64,000 nucleotides of DNA from Minisyncoccota bacterium (GCA_041674105.1 JBAYWK010000002.1:79411-143410), one strand, 5' to 3'; shown: positions 39,986 through 51,376, numbered from the stretch's first letter. Translations and numbers: made by a program. The notes: generated from the letters alone by a model not told the origin.

Positions 39986-40156
39986 CAAAACAACAAACAC
40001 CGAAAGGTGTTTTTGTTTTGGGGCAAGGAGAAAAGTCTGGGAGACTTTTCGTGGAGACTTGAAAACCTATCACAGGTCTTTATGAACAAAGTGAAATAAA
40101 AAAACAGAACAGGTATACAGATTCTGTAAGAATCTAAATTCCTCTCTCGTCTACCA
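39986..40156 (+). repeat. tRNA-trailer element after tRNA-Leu(TAG), divergent core
   Basis: terminator, antisense ggggcaagg-A[gaaaagtct-ggg-agacttttc]GT-ggagacttgaa, degenerate duplicate ending ACCA. Confidence 0.75.
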
Positions 40157-40324
40157 GAATGGAACTTATCGGTTTTTTAGAAACCAAAATACGGGACGGT
40201 GTGAAAGCGCATGTACGACTTTTAGAGACTTGGAGACTGTCTGAGATAGTTTTAGAGCAAAGCAAATAAAAATATCCATTTGCATGGATATTTTTATATA
40301 ACTATAGTAATTTCCAGACCTCAA

Positions 40325-41023
40325 TTAGTTTGATGTTTGAAAAGTAGAAGGCCAAGTTATATTCTCATTGCCAGAAGCATCTCTAGCATATATTACATAA
40401 TAATATGTTGTATTTGGAACTAGTGATGAAATAACTGCTGAATGGGATGTTCTCAGATCACTGTGAACTAACATACTTGAACCCCCAATAGTAACTCCTG
40501 ATGTTGGACTTGCCTCTACCATAGCTGGAAATGAAGTGGAGTAGTAAACTATTGCTGATGCATTTCTATTAGTATTCCAATTTAGACTTACAGTATTATT
40601 TGAAGTACTAACATTTACAGACTGAATAGCTGGAGAGCTACTGTTTCCTGTAAATCCGCCCATTTTTTGATTAAGTGCAGCCATTGTAATTGGACCAACG
40701 CGTCCATAGCCAGTAGTTGCAGGTGTTCCGGAATTTACTATTCCGTTATTGGCCTGAAACCTTTCTACAGCGGCCTTTGTAAGTTGTCCAAAATACCCTG
40801 TTACTAGACCAGATGGGTAGACACTAGCGTCCAAAGCTAAATATGTTTGGAGGTCTGAAACATCTTGACCCCTTGAGCCAACTTCTAATGAACGTGTTAG
40901 TGTGGCTGCGCTAGCTGTAACAGCCAAACCAAACATAAGGATTAATGCGATAACGGTGATTGGTATTTTTAGTATACCAGCCATTGTCATTGGAGAAAAC
41001 TCTAAGATTTTTGTGTTTTTCAT
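40325..41023 (-). CDS. secreted peptidoglycan-binding + fibronectin type III protein
   Basis: LEVGSRGQDVSDLQTYL..TGYFGQLTKAAVERFQ..GRVGPIT; FN3 WNTN..LVPNTTYYY. Confidence 0.9.
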   Translation of the reverse strand: MKNTKILEFSPMTMAGILKIPITVIALILMFGLAVTASAATLTRSLEVGSRGQDVSDLQTYLALDASVYPSGLVTGYFGQLTKAAVERFQANNGIVNSGTPATTGYGRVGPITMAALNQKMGGFTGNSSSPAIQSVNVSTSNNTVSLNWNTNRNASAIVYYSTSFPAMVEASPTSGVTIGGSSMLVHSDLRTSHSAVISSLVPNTTYYYVIYARDASGNENITWPSTFQTSN

Positions 41024-41637
41024 ATAGTTTTTTATTTAATTATAATGATAGAACATCGCAAATAATTTCAAAGTGTTAACCTGTATACCTTTTACTACAA
41101 ATATTAGCTAGAAAACCATTGTAGTCGACTTTTTAATATCAACAAACCAGAAAGTCACTTATTAGAGACTCTTGCGACTTCTATATTATACACTTAATAT
41201 TGACAAACTAACAGTTAAATTGCTTTATAACACATATATACAAATAAACCTATAAGTTGTCAAATAGAGGATGTACTGTTATAGTCTAATGAAGAGATGC
41301 CAATAAAAATTGAAACCAAGAAGAATAAACTCCTCTATAGTAACCATTAATTAAGCGTATAATATATATTTATAACAAGTTTTTTATAAAATATCAATAC
41401 AAAAAGTTGATAACTTGTGGAAAAACTTTAAAAAGTAACCCCTACTAGGCCAATTTGATGCAAAGATACTTTTATGCTTTAAACCAAGAAATATTGCTCT
41501 GACAAACCATTTTTTGAGCAAAACTTAGCTTGACTTTTTTATTGTTTTGTGATAGAATGAATAACGGAATGAGAATTGCCTCAAAAGGTAAAACTTTTAG
41601 TCAGTTCTTTGAAAATTCAATCTTGAAAGGAGCTTAT

Positions 41638-42780
41638 ATGTGGATTCTGACAGCAGGACTGGTTTCGGTCATTTTGACCGTAGCCCTCATCGCCGTGGCA
41701 CTTTTCTCATCTTCCTCAAAAAAAGACGAGGAGGCCAAAAACAAAAATTTTTCCGAGGACTCAAGTATTTGGAGAAAGTTGGGGTTTATAGATGAAACTC
41801 CCAATTTAATAAGAGCTGTGGTAGCTGGGGACGCAGAAAGTGGTCCCATACTCTACTATACAGCCAATGTAAGAGGTAAAAAAATAGATAAAAAAGGAAG
41901 ACTAACTCATTTAGAAGATGAGGAAGACCAACAGAGTGGATTAAACCCATTCCAACTTTTTACCATACACACCTTCGGCAAAAGGTGGATAGGCCTCCCT
42001 TTTTTCCGAAATGTGAAACCGATTGATATAGATCGTGTTGTAAAAAAAGATACACAAGATGCGGATCAGGAAAAACTGAAACTCTCTGGTGTCTTAGGCG
42101 CTTCAAAAAAAACAAGTTATGGCTTGTACGCGGAGTTTCCGCGCCCAACATACCATCATGAGTTAGATACAAACGATCAGGTAAGATTCAACATAATCAG
42201 CACAGCTATTGTGGTTGTAGAGGATGCAGAACAAGCATTTACTATCTACAACGATAGTTTACTTCAAAACATTAGTGATATAATTGAGACCTTTATCTCA
42301 AATAAAGTTCTCAAAATGAATTGGGAGAACTACAAAAACGAAGGGTCAGAGAACCAGACAGGTAAGACTGGTACAGAGAAGTTTGCAAAAAGTATGGATG
42401 ATTTAAACTGCAGACTCTCTCCTTTAGGAGTTATTGTTAAACATCTCTTCATAAGCGACCCGGAAATCTCTAAGGGGGCGGAGGAGATGCAGAAAGCTCT
42501 AGAGGCAACTCGCATCGCTAAAGAAAGGGCCAACGCCAAATCAGCAGAGGCTGATGGCGAAGGTCGGGCCATAGAGAGAATTGCCACAGCGAAAGCTGAT
42601 CGTTACAGACAGCTAGTAGAGTTCTACAAAGCTCAGGGTGTATCTGCACCAGAAGCAGTGGTTATGGCAAACTCTATGGTCTCGGCGGAATTTAATGCGG
42701 AGGCTATAGGGAAACTCAATGTTTATGTGGCTGGTGGAAGCGGTGTCCAGTTGACACTTCCGGAAGGAGGAAAAAAATGA
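41638..42780 (+). CDS. SPFH/band-7-like membrane protein
   Basis: AAAGGAG RBS before MWILTAG; N-terminal TM; LGVIVKHLFISDP then AKERA..AEADGEGRAI coiled coil. Confidence 0.65.
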   Translation: MWILTAGLVSVILTVALIAVALFSSSSKKDEEAKNKNFSEDSSIWRKLGFIDETPNLIRAVVAGDAESGPILYYTANVRGKKIDKKGRLTHLEDEEDQQSGLNPFQLFTIHTFGKRWIGLPFFRNVKPIDIDRVVKKDTQDADQEKLKLSGVLGASKKTSYGLYAEFPRPTYHHELDTNDQVRFNIISTAIVVVEDAEQAFTIYNDSLLQNISDIIETFISNKVLKMNWENYKNEGSENQTGKTGTEKFAKSMDDLNCRLSPLGVIVKHLFISDPEISKGAEEMQKALEATRIAKERANAKSAEADGEGRAIERIATAKADRYRQLVEFYKAQGVSAPEAVVMANSMVSAEFNAEAIGKLNVYVAGGSGVQLTLPEGGKK

Positions 42781-44009
42781 AGTGGTTTAAAAAGGAGACT
42801 TTTTCTACCATTAAAAAGACGGCGCTATGGACTCTCTTGATCCTAGTAATCCTAGGATTAGGAGGAGTCTTCACTTTCTATGTCTTTGGATTTGTAGCCT
42901 CAATGGTTCACAAAGCCATTGAGGCTACAAATACGGTGGAAAAAAATAATTCAATGTGGTTGCTGATTGCAGTCATTTTGACACCACCTTTCTTGGCTTT
43001 CATGTTTATCCTCCATCGCAAGGGCAAGTTAAAGAAGATAAACATGAGCCGTGCAAAAAAAACCGACTGGAAGTGGTTAAAGACACTTCTGTCATTTGTA
43101 GCCATACACATACTCCTTGCCATCTTCTTTCACGAGGAAAACTGGTACAAGAATTATGTGTGGAATGTTTGGATTGTCTTGGCGCAAGCTTCGATAATCC
43201 TAATCATATTGTTTATGAGGAAGGATGTGACCTTAAGAGGTAAAACCTCCTCACAACTGACAGGATGGGGTATGATGGCCTTGTTGATTGTCCTTACTGG
43301 GACAGTCTACAAGGTATGGTGGACTCCTAAAGGAACTTCTACCACCCAGACCCAAACCTCTTCGAGATTGAATCCGAGTGAAGAAAGTGCTTGCTCGGAT
43401 GTTATCAGCCCCCTTGGTCCTGTCCCTGGGTTCAATGCCGAAGGAAAAGCCAAGGCTGAAAAGTTTTGGCTCGAGCACGCCTCAAAAGAGGATGCAGAGA
43501 TGATGGTTTCGACAATCTTACCAAGAGAGTCGAACTTCAACCATCTCGAAGCTGACAAGACTCAAGAGCTTGTTGGAAGAGAGAACTGTTGGGATAGAGG
43601 CCTCCACCAGATCAATATGTACTGGTGGAGATTAGAGACCGAGAAATTTCCAGAAAAGGAAGTCCTCGGAAGAAAAATTTCGGAAATTGATCCTCTCAAA
43701 GAAGAGGACAATTACCTAGCCGCCCTATATCTCTATCAAAATCGAGGAGGTCTCAAACCATGGGACGCCTCAAACAAAAAAAACTTTCGGATTATTATCG
43801 CCCCTGTCGGCGAATGGTCCGAAAGAGTTCTAAATAGAAAAGGTTTGTCGTGGTCGCAATTGAGCGACTCACAACCTGTAGAAATAAAAACAGACAAAGG
43901 TTCCTTTGAAATCAAGGCCGGGGAAAGGTATGATTTCAGCGAACCAATAGCATGGATTGAGTTTAAATCCCTAGGTGACAAAGAGATTCTTTACAAAATC
44001 ATAGATTAA
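42777..44009 (+). CDS. multi-TM protein with lytic transglycosylase (SLT-like) domain
   Basis: RESNF, DRGLHQIN, NYLAALYLY..GLKPW lysozyme-like motifs. Confidence 0.7.
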   Translation: MKWFKKETFSTIKKTALWTLLILVILGLGGVFTFYVFGFVASMVHKAIEATNTVEKNNSMWLLIAVILTPPFLAFMFILHRKGKLKKINMSRAKKTDWKWLKTLLSFVAIHILLAIFFHEENWYKNYVWNVWIVLAQASIILIILFMRKDVTLRGKTSSQLTGWGMMALLIVLTGTVYKVWWTPKGTSTTQTQTSSRLNPSEESACSDVISPLGPVPGFNAEGKAKAEKFWLEHASKEDAEMMVSTILPRESNFNHLEADKTQELVGRENCWDRGLHQINMYWWRLETEKFPEKEVLGRKISEIDPLKEEDNYLAALYLYQNRGGLKPWDASNKKNFRIIIAPVGEWSERVLNRKGLSWSQLSDSQPVEIKTDKGSFEIKAGERYDFSEPIAWIEFKSLGDKEILYKIID

Positions 44010-44052
44010 ACCCCGCGAGTCTATCCCTAAAATAGGGAGACTCGCGGTTTTT
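44010..44052. terminator. terminator between convergent genes
   Basis: ccgcgagtct...agactcgcgg-ttttt. Confidence 0.7.
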
Positions 44053-44126
44053 TTATATATTTTTCATATTTCTTACAAAACAAAAACCGCTCTTTTGAAC
44101 GATTTTTATTTTTTGTCTTATATTTG

Positions 44127-44399
44127 TTAGAGTTGTATGTATTTTACTTCTCCCGGATCTATACCGAAAGTTACCAACACGAATCTTATAAGACCATAAA
44201 CAGAAAACATTACCACCATTCCTACTATGCCCCATATCATAGAGTTTCTAGCTTCTACCTTTTTGCTGTCTCCAGCGTCCAAAGAAAGAAATCTAATGAC
44301 ACCATAACCAAAATAAACAAAAGATAAAGCAAACAAAAGATAAATAATTGGATTCAATATCAAACTATTAACTTTGTTTAGAAAAGGGACAATAGTCAT
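44127..44399 (-). CDS. TrbC/VirB2-like pilin
   Basis: two TM, D.KKVEARNSMIWGIVG motif. Confidence 0.8.
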   Translation of the reverse strand: MTIVPFLNKVNSLILNPIIYLLFALSFVYFGYGVIRFLSLDAGDSKKVEARNSMIWGIVGMVVMFSVYGLIRFVLVTFGIDPGEVKYIQL

Positions 44400-44414
44400 A
44401 ATAAAACTTATTTA

Positions 44415-44768
44415 TTATAGACCTGGAACTTTAGGAAGAGTAGGTGCTGATCCGCCTGAGATACCAAAGGCTGTTTGTACCCACGCTATCAAACCATATA
44501 CAGAAGCCATAACTACTAGAGCTATAATACCGTAGATCATTATTGACTTACCTTCTGATGCAGCTTTTGGATCACCTGCTGACTGAATATATTTTACAAG
44601 ACCCCAGAAGAAGTAAATTATAGCTAAAGCAAACAATATTGGGATAACTAAATTGTTTAGAATATCTCCAAACTGCTGAACTAATCTTTCAAGTCCACCT
44701 AGGTTACCTTCTTGAGCAAACGCTAGCATCGGTGATAATGATAGTGCAGCATAAACGATTTTTTTCAT
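44415..44768 (-). CDS. TrbC/VirB2-like pilin
   Basis: signal peptide, FFWGLVKYI..AGD...EGKSIMIYGII. Confidence 0.82.
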   Translation of the reverse strand: MKKIVYAALSLSPMLAFAQEGNLGGLERLVQQFGDILNNLVIPILFALAIIYFFWGLVKYIQSAGDPKAASEGKSIMIYGIIALVVMASVYGLIAWVQTAFGISGGSAPTLPKVPGL

Positions 44769-44889
44769 TATTTTTATAATATATTATAATAATTTTTATA
44801 AAAACCAACGACCACTTTTAAAATAAAGTACCTCTGTATTATAGTATAAACAAGAGTAAAAAACAAGGTCTATGTGGATAAATTGAAGA

Positions 44890-45288
44890 CTAATTACAAT
44901 CTGCGCCCAAGTTGTCGTTTACAAGACAGTCATTGCTCATCGCTCCAGAACTATTACCCCCAGAACCATTTGGGCTTATTCCTACAGTTGAACCTATAAA
45001 ACCTAAAATTCCATAAATAGAAGCCATAACAAAAAGAGCTATGATACCCCAAATCATTCTATTTCTACCCTCTGTACGAGCCTTATCTTCTCCAGAGTGG
45101 AGTATGAACTGACCTGCACCCCAAAAAAACAGTAATAAACCTAGTCCAAAGAAAACTTTTATTAAAAGATTTATAAGAGATATAGAACCTACCAGCAACC
45201 CTTTAAGTCCTTCCAAGGCAGCATAAGAAACTAAAGGAAATAAAAATAAAGAAAGTGTAGATAATATTTGTATTTTTTTTGTATTCAT
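44890..45288 (-). CDS. TrbC/VirB2-like pilin
   Basis: start MNTKKIQ; FFWGAGQFI..GED.ARTEGRNRMIWGII. Confidence 0.8.
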   Translation of the reverse strand: MNTKKIQILSTLSLFLFPLVSYAALEGLKGLLVGSISLINLLIKVFFGLGLLLFFWGAGQFILHSGEDKARTEGRNRMIWGIIALFVMASIYGILGFIGSTVGISPNGSGGNSSGAMSNDCLVNDNLGADCN

Positions 45289-45295
45289 AATTTTA

Positions 45296-45688
45296 TTAAA
45301 ATTTAATCGTGCTATCCACCCACTCAATCTGCCCTCCCGTGGGCAAAAAAGGCATAGCACTGCCATCGCCACCCTTACCAAATTCTAGATCATTTACAAC
45401 AAGAGTAACTATTGTTCTATAAGAAAACAAGATAAATAAAGCTAAAATACCCCAAAGCATATAATTTTTACCTTTACTTAATTCCGCTTCATTCCCTGAA
45501 TTTATAACAAATTTAGATAATCCCCAGAAAAAAACAACTAAAGCGGCGCCGAACATAATAGGGACCATAAGATTTAGGATACTAATCACATAAGCTACTA
45601 CGCTCTTGAAAGTACCCCCTTCATTCCCAAAGGCAAAAGTAAAAAATGGAACACTATAAAAAATTATAGAACTAAAAAAATATTTCAT
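45296..45688 (-). CDS. TrbC/VirB2-like pilin
   Basis: FFWGLSKFV..SGN...KGKNYMLWGIL. Confidence 0.8.
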   Translation of the reverse strand: MKYFFSSIIFYSVPFFTFAFGNEGGTFKSVVAYVISILNLMVPIMFGAALVVFFWGLSKFVINSGNEAELSKGKNYMLWGILALFILFSYRTIVTLVVNDLEFGKGGDGSAMPFLPTGGQIEWVDSTIKF

Positions 45689-45692
45689 ATAT

Positions 45693-46106
45693 CTAATTTA
45701 TTTCAATAAATTGACTAACTGTACTTTGTAAAACCTTAGAAATGCCCGCGGCGCCGAGCAAAATTCCCGCCCCTACAAGGGCCCAGAGCAAGTTTTCATG
45801 AGCACTTTGTATTTTAGCTGAGTTTCCTCTAGCTGTGACATACTTAAAACCAGCTAGTATAATATACATTACAGAAGCTACAGCAGCTATGGGCATAACC
45901 ACATTGTTTAGTATTGCAACCAAAAGATCAGGAAGATTATTTCCTACTGATTGTTTTAAAGGATTTGTAATCCTTATAACCTGACTACTACCACCAGGAC
46001 TTTTTGGTGGAGGAGTACTTCCATTGGCATAGGCTACATTATTTGTAAACAGCACAGGTAACAATAAAACTGATGTAATTAGTAAATGTATTAGAAATTT
46101 TTTCAT
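45693..46106 (-). CDS. TrbC/VirB2-like pilin
   Basis: ITNPL, AGFKYVTARGN..KIQSA...LLWALVG. Confidence 0.85.
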   Translation of the reverse strand: MKKFLIHLLITSVLLLPVLFTNNVAYANGSTPPPKSPGGSSQVIRITNPLKQSVGNNLPDLLVAILNNVVMPIAAVASVMYIILAGFKYVTARGNSAKIQSAHENLLWALVGAGILLGAAGISKVLQSTVSQFIEIN

Positions 46107-46118
46107 TTTATTTTATTT

Positions 46119-46559
46119 TTATATTGGAAAACTTTCGCTTTCACGCAAATTTTCATCCACCAAAACAGAAACTATTAAGTTGACTATAAGCCAAGCTGCC
46201 ATAACTAAAATTATACCAACAACAACTTTCCAAAGCATCTTATTTGCTTCAGCTCTTTTACCAGCATTATCTCCCGAAGTCATATAGTTGTAACCAGCAT
46301 AAGCTATGACAACTACAGAAAACATCAAAGCGATTCCTGTAGCAAAATTTACTAAACTTTTTATGGTCACGATAATATCAGAAAAATTACAAGTGTCTCC
46401 CTCGCAACTTGGAACGACTCCTGTATAACCACTACCGCTACCTTGTGTCTGTCCACTCGGTGGAGGAGTACTTCCATTGGCATAGACTACACTATTTGTA
46501 AACAACACAGGTAACAATAAAACTGATGTAATTAGTAAATGTATTAGAAATTTTTTCAT
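46119..46559 (-). CDS. TrbC/VirB2-like pilin
   Basis: start MKKFLIH; VPSC..TCNF, YAGYNYMTSGDN.GKRAEA. Confidence 0.85.
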   Translation of the reverse strand: MKKFLIHLLITSVLLLPVLFTNSVVYANGSTPPPSGQTQGSGSGYTGVVPSCEGDTCNFSDIIVTIKSLVNFATGIALMFSVVVIAYAGYNYMTSGDNAGKRAEANKMLWKVVVGIILVMAAWLIVNLIVSVLVDENLRESESFPI

Positions 46560-46560
46560 T

Positions 46561-47859
46561 TTATTTTTTAAACAAAGAATCAATAGAATCACTGGCTTTT
46601 AAAATAGCTTCTGAAACTCTTTGCTGTCCAGATGTCACAGACTCTACCATAGTTTTAAATATTTCTGTTGTATTTACAGGAGAAGGATCCACCCAAGATT
46701 TACTTATGAGAGCCGAGTCATAAAAAACAGATCTATAAGCATCCGTTGGCTTGTCCGCTAAAAGATCTCTCCTAACTGGAGGAAGATTTGTCTTGGATTC
46801 CAAAACTTTCAAAGCATCAGGCTCAACCAAGCTTGTCACAAGCAAAAAAGCTGCTCCTATAGCCTTGGACTGTTTAACAATAGAAAGTCCATAGATATTT
46901 GCAAAGTTTGACATATTTTTTGCTGTTCTGATTTGAGGAACATAAGTGACATCAAAATTTAAGTTTGGATTTTTCTGCTGAATAGAAAACAGTTCGGAAG
47001 CAAAACCAACATAAGTAGCCAAATTTGAAGAAAGAAAAAAATTCAAGGAAGAAGGTAGTGACCTATTCCAAGTATAATAAACTGAAGTCGGATTAGAAAA
47101 CTGAGTATAAAAATTTAAAGCTGACTGACCAGGAGCAATAGTATAATTTAGCTGAGAAGATAAAACTGACTTATATCCAGCAGAATCAGTGTAAGAAACT
47201 ATAGGAGTACCAGCTTGGAGCAAAAGTAAAGAGAAAATACTTTTAGCATTAGTTACATTTTTCCATTCTCCGAGAGAAAGAGCACTTTGCATAATATTTC
47301 CAGAAGAGTCTTTACGAGTCACTTTATCTATAAGTCCATAAAATTCATCCCAATATTTTGGCGGACTTGATATGAGATTGTTTGAAAACATATCTCTGTT
47401 CCAATACATAACCATCGGATCTATTATAAAAGGAAATGCTGTAATACCTTTAGTAGTCAGGAAAATCTCACCATCTTCTATAAAGATATCTTTAAAATTT
47501 CTTTGACTGAAATTTTCATAAGGTACAACAAATATCTTGTTTCTATGAGTATAGATGGAGTCTTGTCTCAAAATAACTATATCTGGACCAACCCCGTCGG
47601 CTAAAGCTTCTATAAACTTATCATCAAAATCCGCAGAATCCTTTCTGACATAAGTAACAGCGACTTTTTTATTTTTGGCTATACTTGAAGCTTTGTAAAC
47701 ATTATTGAAAGTATCTTCAGGTATTGTGCCCCAAATCAGAAGAGAAGCAGATCCTTCACCTAGACCGCTCTTCTGGGTGGCAAACAAACCTAACCCTAAA
47801 ACAAGAGATAGAATAAAAATTATTATGAGCCCAATTTGAAAATTACTCATTTCTTTCAT
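46561..47859 (-). CDS. extracellular solute-binding protein (family 1)
   Basis: LIWGT, ALADGVGPDI, PFIIDPMVMYWNRDMF, PPKYWDEF. Confidence 0.85.
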   Translation of the reverse strand: MKEMSNFQIGLIIIFILSLVLGLGLFATQKSGLGEGSASLLIWGTIPEDTFNNVYKASSIAKNKKVAVTYVRKDSADFDDKFIEALADGVGPDIVILRQDSIYTHRNKIFVVPYENFSQRNFKDIFIEDGEIFLTTKGITAFPFIIDPMVMYWNRDMFSNNLISSPPKYWDEFYGLIDKVTRKDSSGNIMQSALSLGEWKNVTNAKSIFSLLLLQAGTPIVSYTDSAGYKSVLSSQLNYTIAPGQSALNFYTQFSNPTSVYYTWNRSLPSSLNFFLSSNLATYVGFASELFSIQQKNPNLNFDVTYVPQIRTAKNMSNFANIYGLSIVKQSKAIGAAFLLVTSLVEPDALKVLESKTNLPPVRRDLLADKPTDAYRSVFYDSALISKSWVDPSPVNTTEIFKTMVESVTSGQQRVSEAILKASDSIDSLFKK

Positions 47860-48383
47860 AACTTTTTTAAAATCATACCATAATGATGAGCTCCAGCTCT
47901 TATTTCTCTATCTAAATGAAAACCACCTTCTTCAAACATTTCTAAAGCTACATTTCTCTGAACAATATCCTCTGGCCTAGGTCCTATACCGCTAAAAGAG
48001 TCCGTCCAATCTACAACTAATACACGACCACTTGGCTTAAGTATTCTTTTCACTTCTTGTATAACTCCTCTTTTATCCTCCGCCTGAAACAAAACATTGC
48101 ATATTAGAGCAAAATCTATAGAACCTTCCCTCAGGTGAGTTCCTCCAACTTTCTCTATATCGCCCCAAACAACCTCTACATTGTATAATCCTTCTTTGGA
48201 AGCGTTATTTTTTAATTTGGTCAAAAGTTCTTTTTGAGCATCCACCGCGTAGACTGTTCCTGTAGAAATCAGTGCTTTAGAGGCGGCAATAGTATAAAAC
48301 CCTGAACCGGCTCCAAGGTCAGCAATCTCCATACCAGCTTGAATACCACATTGATCTATATTTTTTTGAGGGTCAGAAAACAT
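47856..48383 (-). CDS. class I SAM-dependent methyltransferase
   Basis: ADLGAGSG, VYAVD, RILKPSGR..VDW. Confidence 0.92.
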   Translation of the reverse strand: MFSDPQKNIDQCGIQAGMEIADLGAGSGFYTIAASKALISTGTVYAVDAQKELLTKLKNNASKEGLYNVEVVWGDIEKVGGTHLREGSIDFALICNVLFQAEDKRGVIQEVKRILKPSGRVLVVDWTDSFSGIGPRPEDIVQRNVALEMFEEGGFHLDREIRAGAHHYGMILKKL

Positions 48384-48509
48384 ACAACTTTATTGTACTA
48401 TGTTATTTTTTAATATCAAAGAAAGAAATACACATTTTTAATAAATACCAAAAACTTTATTGACTTATCATAATTTTGAAGAAAAACCTCATCTCACTAT
48501 ATCTTAATA

Positions 48510-48666
48510 AATACCAACCATTTCAAACCGTCCTCGCTTTTTATAAAACAACTCGCTCGTCACTGGCCTCCCGCCAAACTCGCTTCGCTCAAACAGTGTC
48601 TCCGGCTGGCGTTCCTCATTGTTGTTTTAGCTAAAAATCTGCGAATGGTTTGAAATGTCTGGTATT
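48510..48666. repeat. palindromic (REP/MITE-like) element, copy 1
   Basis: core homologous to 60057-60273; own terminal inverted repeats aatacca..tttcaaacc / ggtttgaaa..tggtatt. Confidence 0.8.
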
Positions 48667-48845
48667 AAAAACTAAAAGACTTGAAAAGCCTCTCGGGACA
48701 ACACATTTCTGGAGCCTCCGTAAGCCTTGAGTATGGTTTCGTCAAGGCATTCCGTTCTTGACGAAACAAGGCCAAGAACAGCTGAACAAACTCGCTGGAG
48801 CTTGTGAGGGTGCGACAGAAGTGTGTTGAGGAGGAAGAAGTTTTT
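48667..48845. repeat. second GC-rich hairpin element after gyrA
   Basis: caacacatttct/agaagtgtgttg and gtttcgtcaag/cttgacgaaac stems. Confidence 0.6.
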
Positions 48846-48856
48846 GAGAAAAATAT

Positions 48857-51331
48857 TTACAAACAAATAAGTGAAGCAATGGAATCCCCTTCACGAAGCT
48901 TCATTACACGAACTCCTTGAGTTTGTCTACCTAAAACAGGGATTTCTTTTCCATCTACACGAATGACCTGAGATTTTTTAGATATAGCCACTATTTCAGC
49001 TTCTTCACTATCAAATATTTTGGCTGAAATAAGAAGTCCTGTTTTAGAAGTTACTTTTGCTGTTTTTATTCCAGAACCACTGCGTTTTTGTATTTTATAT
49101 TCGTCTACATCTGTTCTTTTTCCATACCCATTTAGAGATATAACCATAAGAGTTGGATTGTTTGATTCTTTCAAGACAACTTCCGAAGCAATAACGTAGT
49201 CACCTTTGGAAAGTTTTATACCTCTAACACCCATAGCAGTTCTTCCCATTTCTCTAATATCAGATTCTTTAAAGTGTATAGATTGTCCTTTGGCGGTCAC
49301 TATTATGTTTGTATCTCCTTTTTTAACAAAAGAAGCGGATATCAGAGCATCTCCATCATCTAGCTTTATAGCTATAATTCCAGATATTCTAACATCATGA
49401 AAACTAGCAGCAGATACTTTTTTAGCTACACCTTGTTTTGTAACCATAATAAGTGAAGAATCAGATTTCTTGATCTCCTTTGGCATAGGCAATATAGAAG
49501 TTATATTCTCTCCTTCGGCTAAAGGTAGGAAATTCATAACGGACTTACCTTTTGTTGCTCTTCTACCCTCGGGAATATCATACATTTTTGTCTGATAAGC
49601 TTTACCTTTATCTGTGAAAAACAAGAGGTCGCTGTGTGTACTTGTTATAAGCAAATCTGTCACAAAATCCTCTTCTTTTGTATCCAGATCAACCACCCCA
49701 ACACCTCCACGCTTTTGTTTTCTAAATTCATCTGGGTTTGTACGCTTTATATACCCTCCCGCTGTCAAAACAAGAGCATTTTCTTCATCTGGTATAAGAT
49801 CTTCTACAGAGAGAACCTGAACTCCACCTTTTATGATCTTTGTTCTCCTTTCATCACCATATTTTTCTTTTATTTCCTCTGATTCTTTTTTAATTATAGA
49901 AATTATCCTTTTTACACTTCCTAAAATAGATTTTAACTCTTCTATAAGCAACTGTATTGCTTTCAAATCATCTTCTATTTTTTTTCTTTCAAGGCCAGCA
50001 AGTCTCTGGAGTCTCATCTCTAAAATAGCTGTAGCTTGAATAGGGGAAAACTTAAATTCTTTTATCAAATTTTTGTGTGCTTCTTCCGTGTCTTTTGAAG
50101 ACTTGATTAGTTTTATTATTCTATCTATATGGTCTAAAGCTTTCTTTAAACCGAGTAAAATATGCTCTTTTTCCAGGGCTTTCTTTAGATCAAATTCCGT
50201 CCTACGACGAACAACATCTTTTCTGTGTATTATAAACTGCTCTAAAATATCTTTTAGAGACAAAGTCTTAGGAATACCATCTACCAAAGCCACTGTGTTG
50301 TAGTGAAAAGTCTCTTCTAGCTGTGTGTGCTTATACAAATAATTTAAAACTGTCTGTGGGTGTGCGGTCCCTTTTAAGTCAATAACAATGCGAATATCTT
50401 TTGCAGATTCATCCCTTAGACCTTTTACACCTTCTAGTTTCTTCTCTTGAACAAGCCCGGCAATTCTTTCAATAAGAGTAGCTTTGTTTACACGAAAAGG
50501 AATAGAAGTGATAACAATTTGAAATTGGCCAGATTTATTTTCTACAGCTTCAGCAACACCCCTGACTACCACACCACCTTTTCCGTTGGCATAAGCATGA
50601 GCAATATCTTTTTGATTGAAAGCTATTCCGCCAATAGGAAAATCTGGTCCTTTTATAAATTGAAGCAGATCTTCTGTAGTAGCTTCTGGGTTGTCTACCA
50701 AAAAACAAACAGCATCCATAACCTCTACTAGATTATGCGGAGGTATGTTTGTAGCCATACCCACAGCAATTCCAAGTGTTCCATTTAACAAAAGGTTTGG
50801 AACAGCTGTCGGCAAAACTCTCGGCTCTTTTTTTGTACCATCATAATTTGGAGTAAAATCTACAGTATCTTTTTCAATATCTCGCAAAAGCTCAGAAGCA
50901 AGGCGAGCCATTTTGGCTTCTGTGTACCTATAAGCAGCCGCGTTGTCACCATCAATAGAACCAAAGTTTCCTTGGCCTATAATAAGAGGGTAACGCATAG
51001 TAAAATCCTGAGCCATTTTTACCATTGAGTCATAAACAGCCACATCTCCATGCGGGTGGTAATCTCCAATAACAGAACCGACAACTGTCGCTGACTTCCT
51101 AGTCTTACTTGAAATAGTAAGACCATGCTCATTCATTGCATAAAGTATTCTCCTGTGCACAGGTTTTAGCCCATCACGAACATCCGGCAGAGCACGATCT
51201 GTGATGACAGACATAGCGTAGTCAATAAATGACCTCTTCATTTCGTCAGTGATTTCTTGAGAAATCACATTTTTTCTTTCAGGAATCATTGATTCGCCTT
51301 TGGTAGAATTGTCTGTATCTTTTTTTGCCAT
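48857..51331 (-). CDS. gyrA: DNA gyrase subunit A
   Basis: [36 protein letters not shown] GyrA-box, beta-pinwheel repeats. Confidence 0.97.
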   Translation of the reverse strand: MAKKDTDNSTKGESMIPERKNVISQEITDEMKRSFIDYAMSVITDRALPDVRDGLKPVHRRILYAMNEHGLTISSKTRKSATVVGSVIGDYHPHGDVAVYDSMVKMAQDFTMRYPLIIGQGNFGSIDGDNAAAYRYTEAKMARLASELLRDIEKDTVDFTPNYDGTKKEPRVLPTAVPNLLLNGTLGIAVGMATNIPPHNLVEVMDAVCFLVDNPEATTEDLLQFIKGPDFPIGGIAFNQKDIAHAYANGKGGVVVRGVAEAVENKSGQFQIVITSIPFRVNKATLIERIAGLVQEKKLEGVKGLRDESAKDIRIVIDLKGTAHPQTVLNYLYKHTQLEETFHYNTVALVDGIPKTLSLKDILEQFIIHRKDVVRRRTEFDLKKALEKEHILLGLKKALDHIDRIIKLIKSSKDTEEAHKNLIKEFKFSPIQATAILEMRLQRLAGLERKKIEDDLKAIQLLIEELKSILGSVKRIISIIKKESEEIKEKYGDERRTKIIKGGVQVLSVEDLIPDEENALVLTAGGYIKRTNPDEFRKQKRGGVGVVDLDTKEEDFVTDLLITSTHSDLLFFTDKGKAYQTKMYDIPEGRRATKGKSVMNFLPLAEGENITSILPMPKEIKKSDSSLIMVTKQGVAKKVSAASFHDVRISGIIAIKLDDGDALISASFVKKGDTNIIVTAKGQSIHFKESDIREMGRTAMGVRGIKLSKGDYVIASEVVLKESNNPTLMVISLNGYGKRTDVDEYKIQKRSGSGIKTAKVTSKTGLLISAKIFDSEEAEIVAISKKSQVIRVDGKEIPVLGRQTQGVRVMKLREGDSIASLICL

Positions 51332-51376
51332 ATTTCCTTCTATTATATCATATTAGACCAAAAATTGGTAGCGATT

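Noticed and set aside
48672-48866. 64-aa ORF downstream of gyrA
   Set aside because: Coincides with a palindromic non-coding element; no protein motif.
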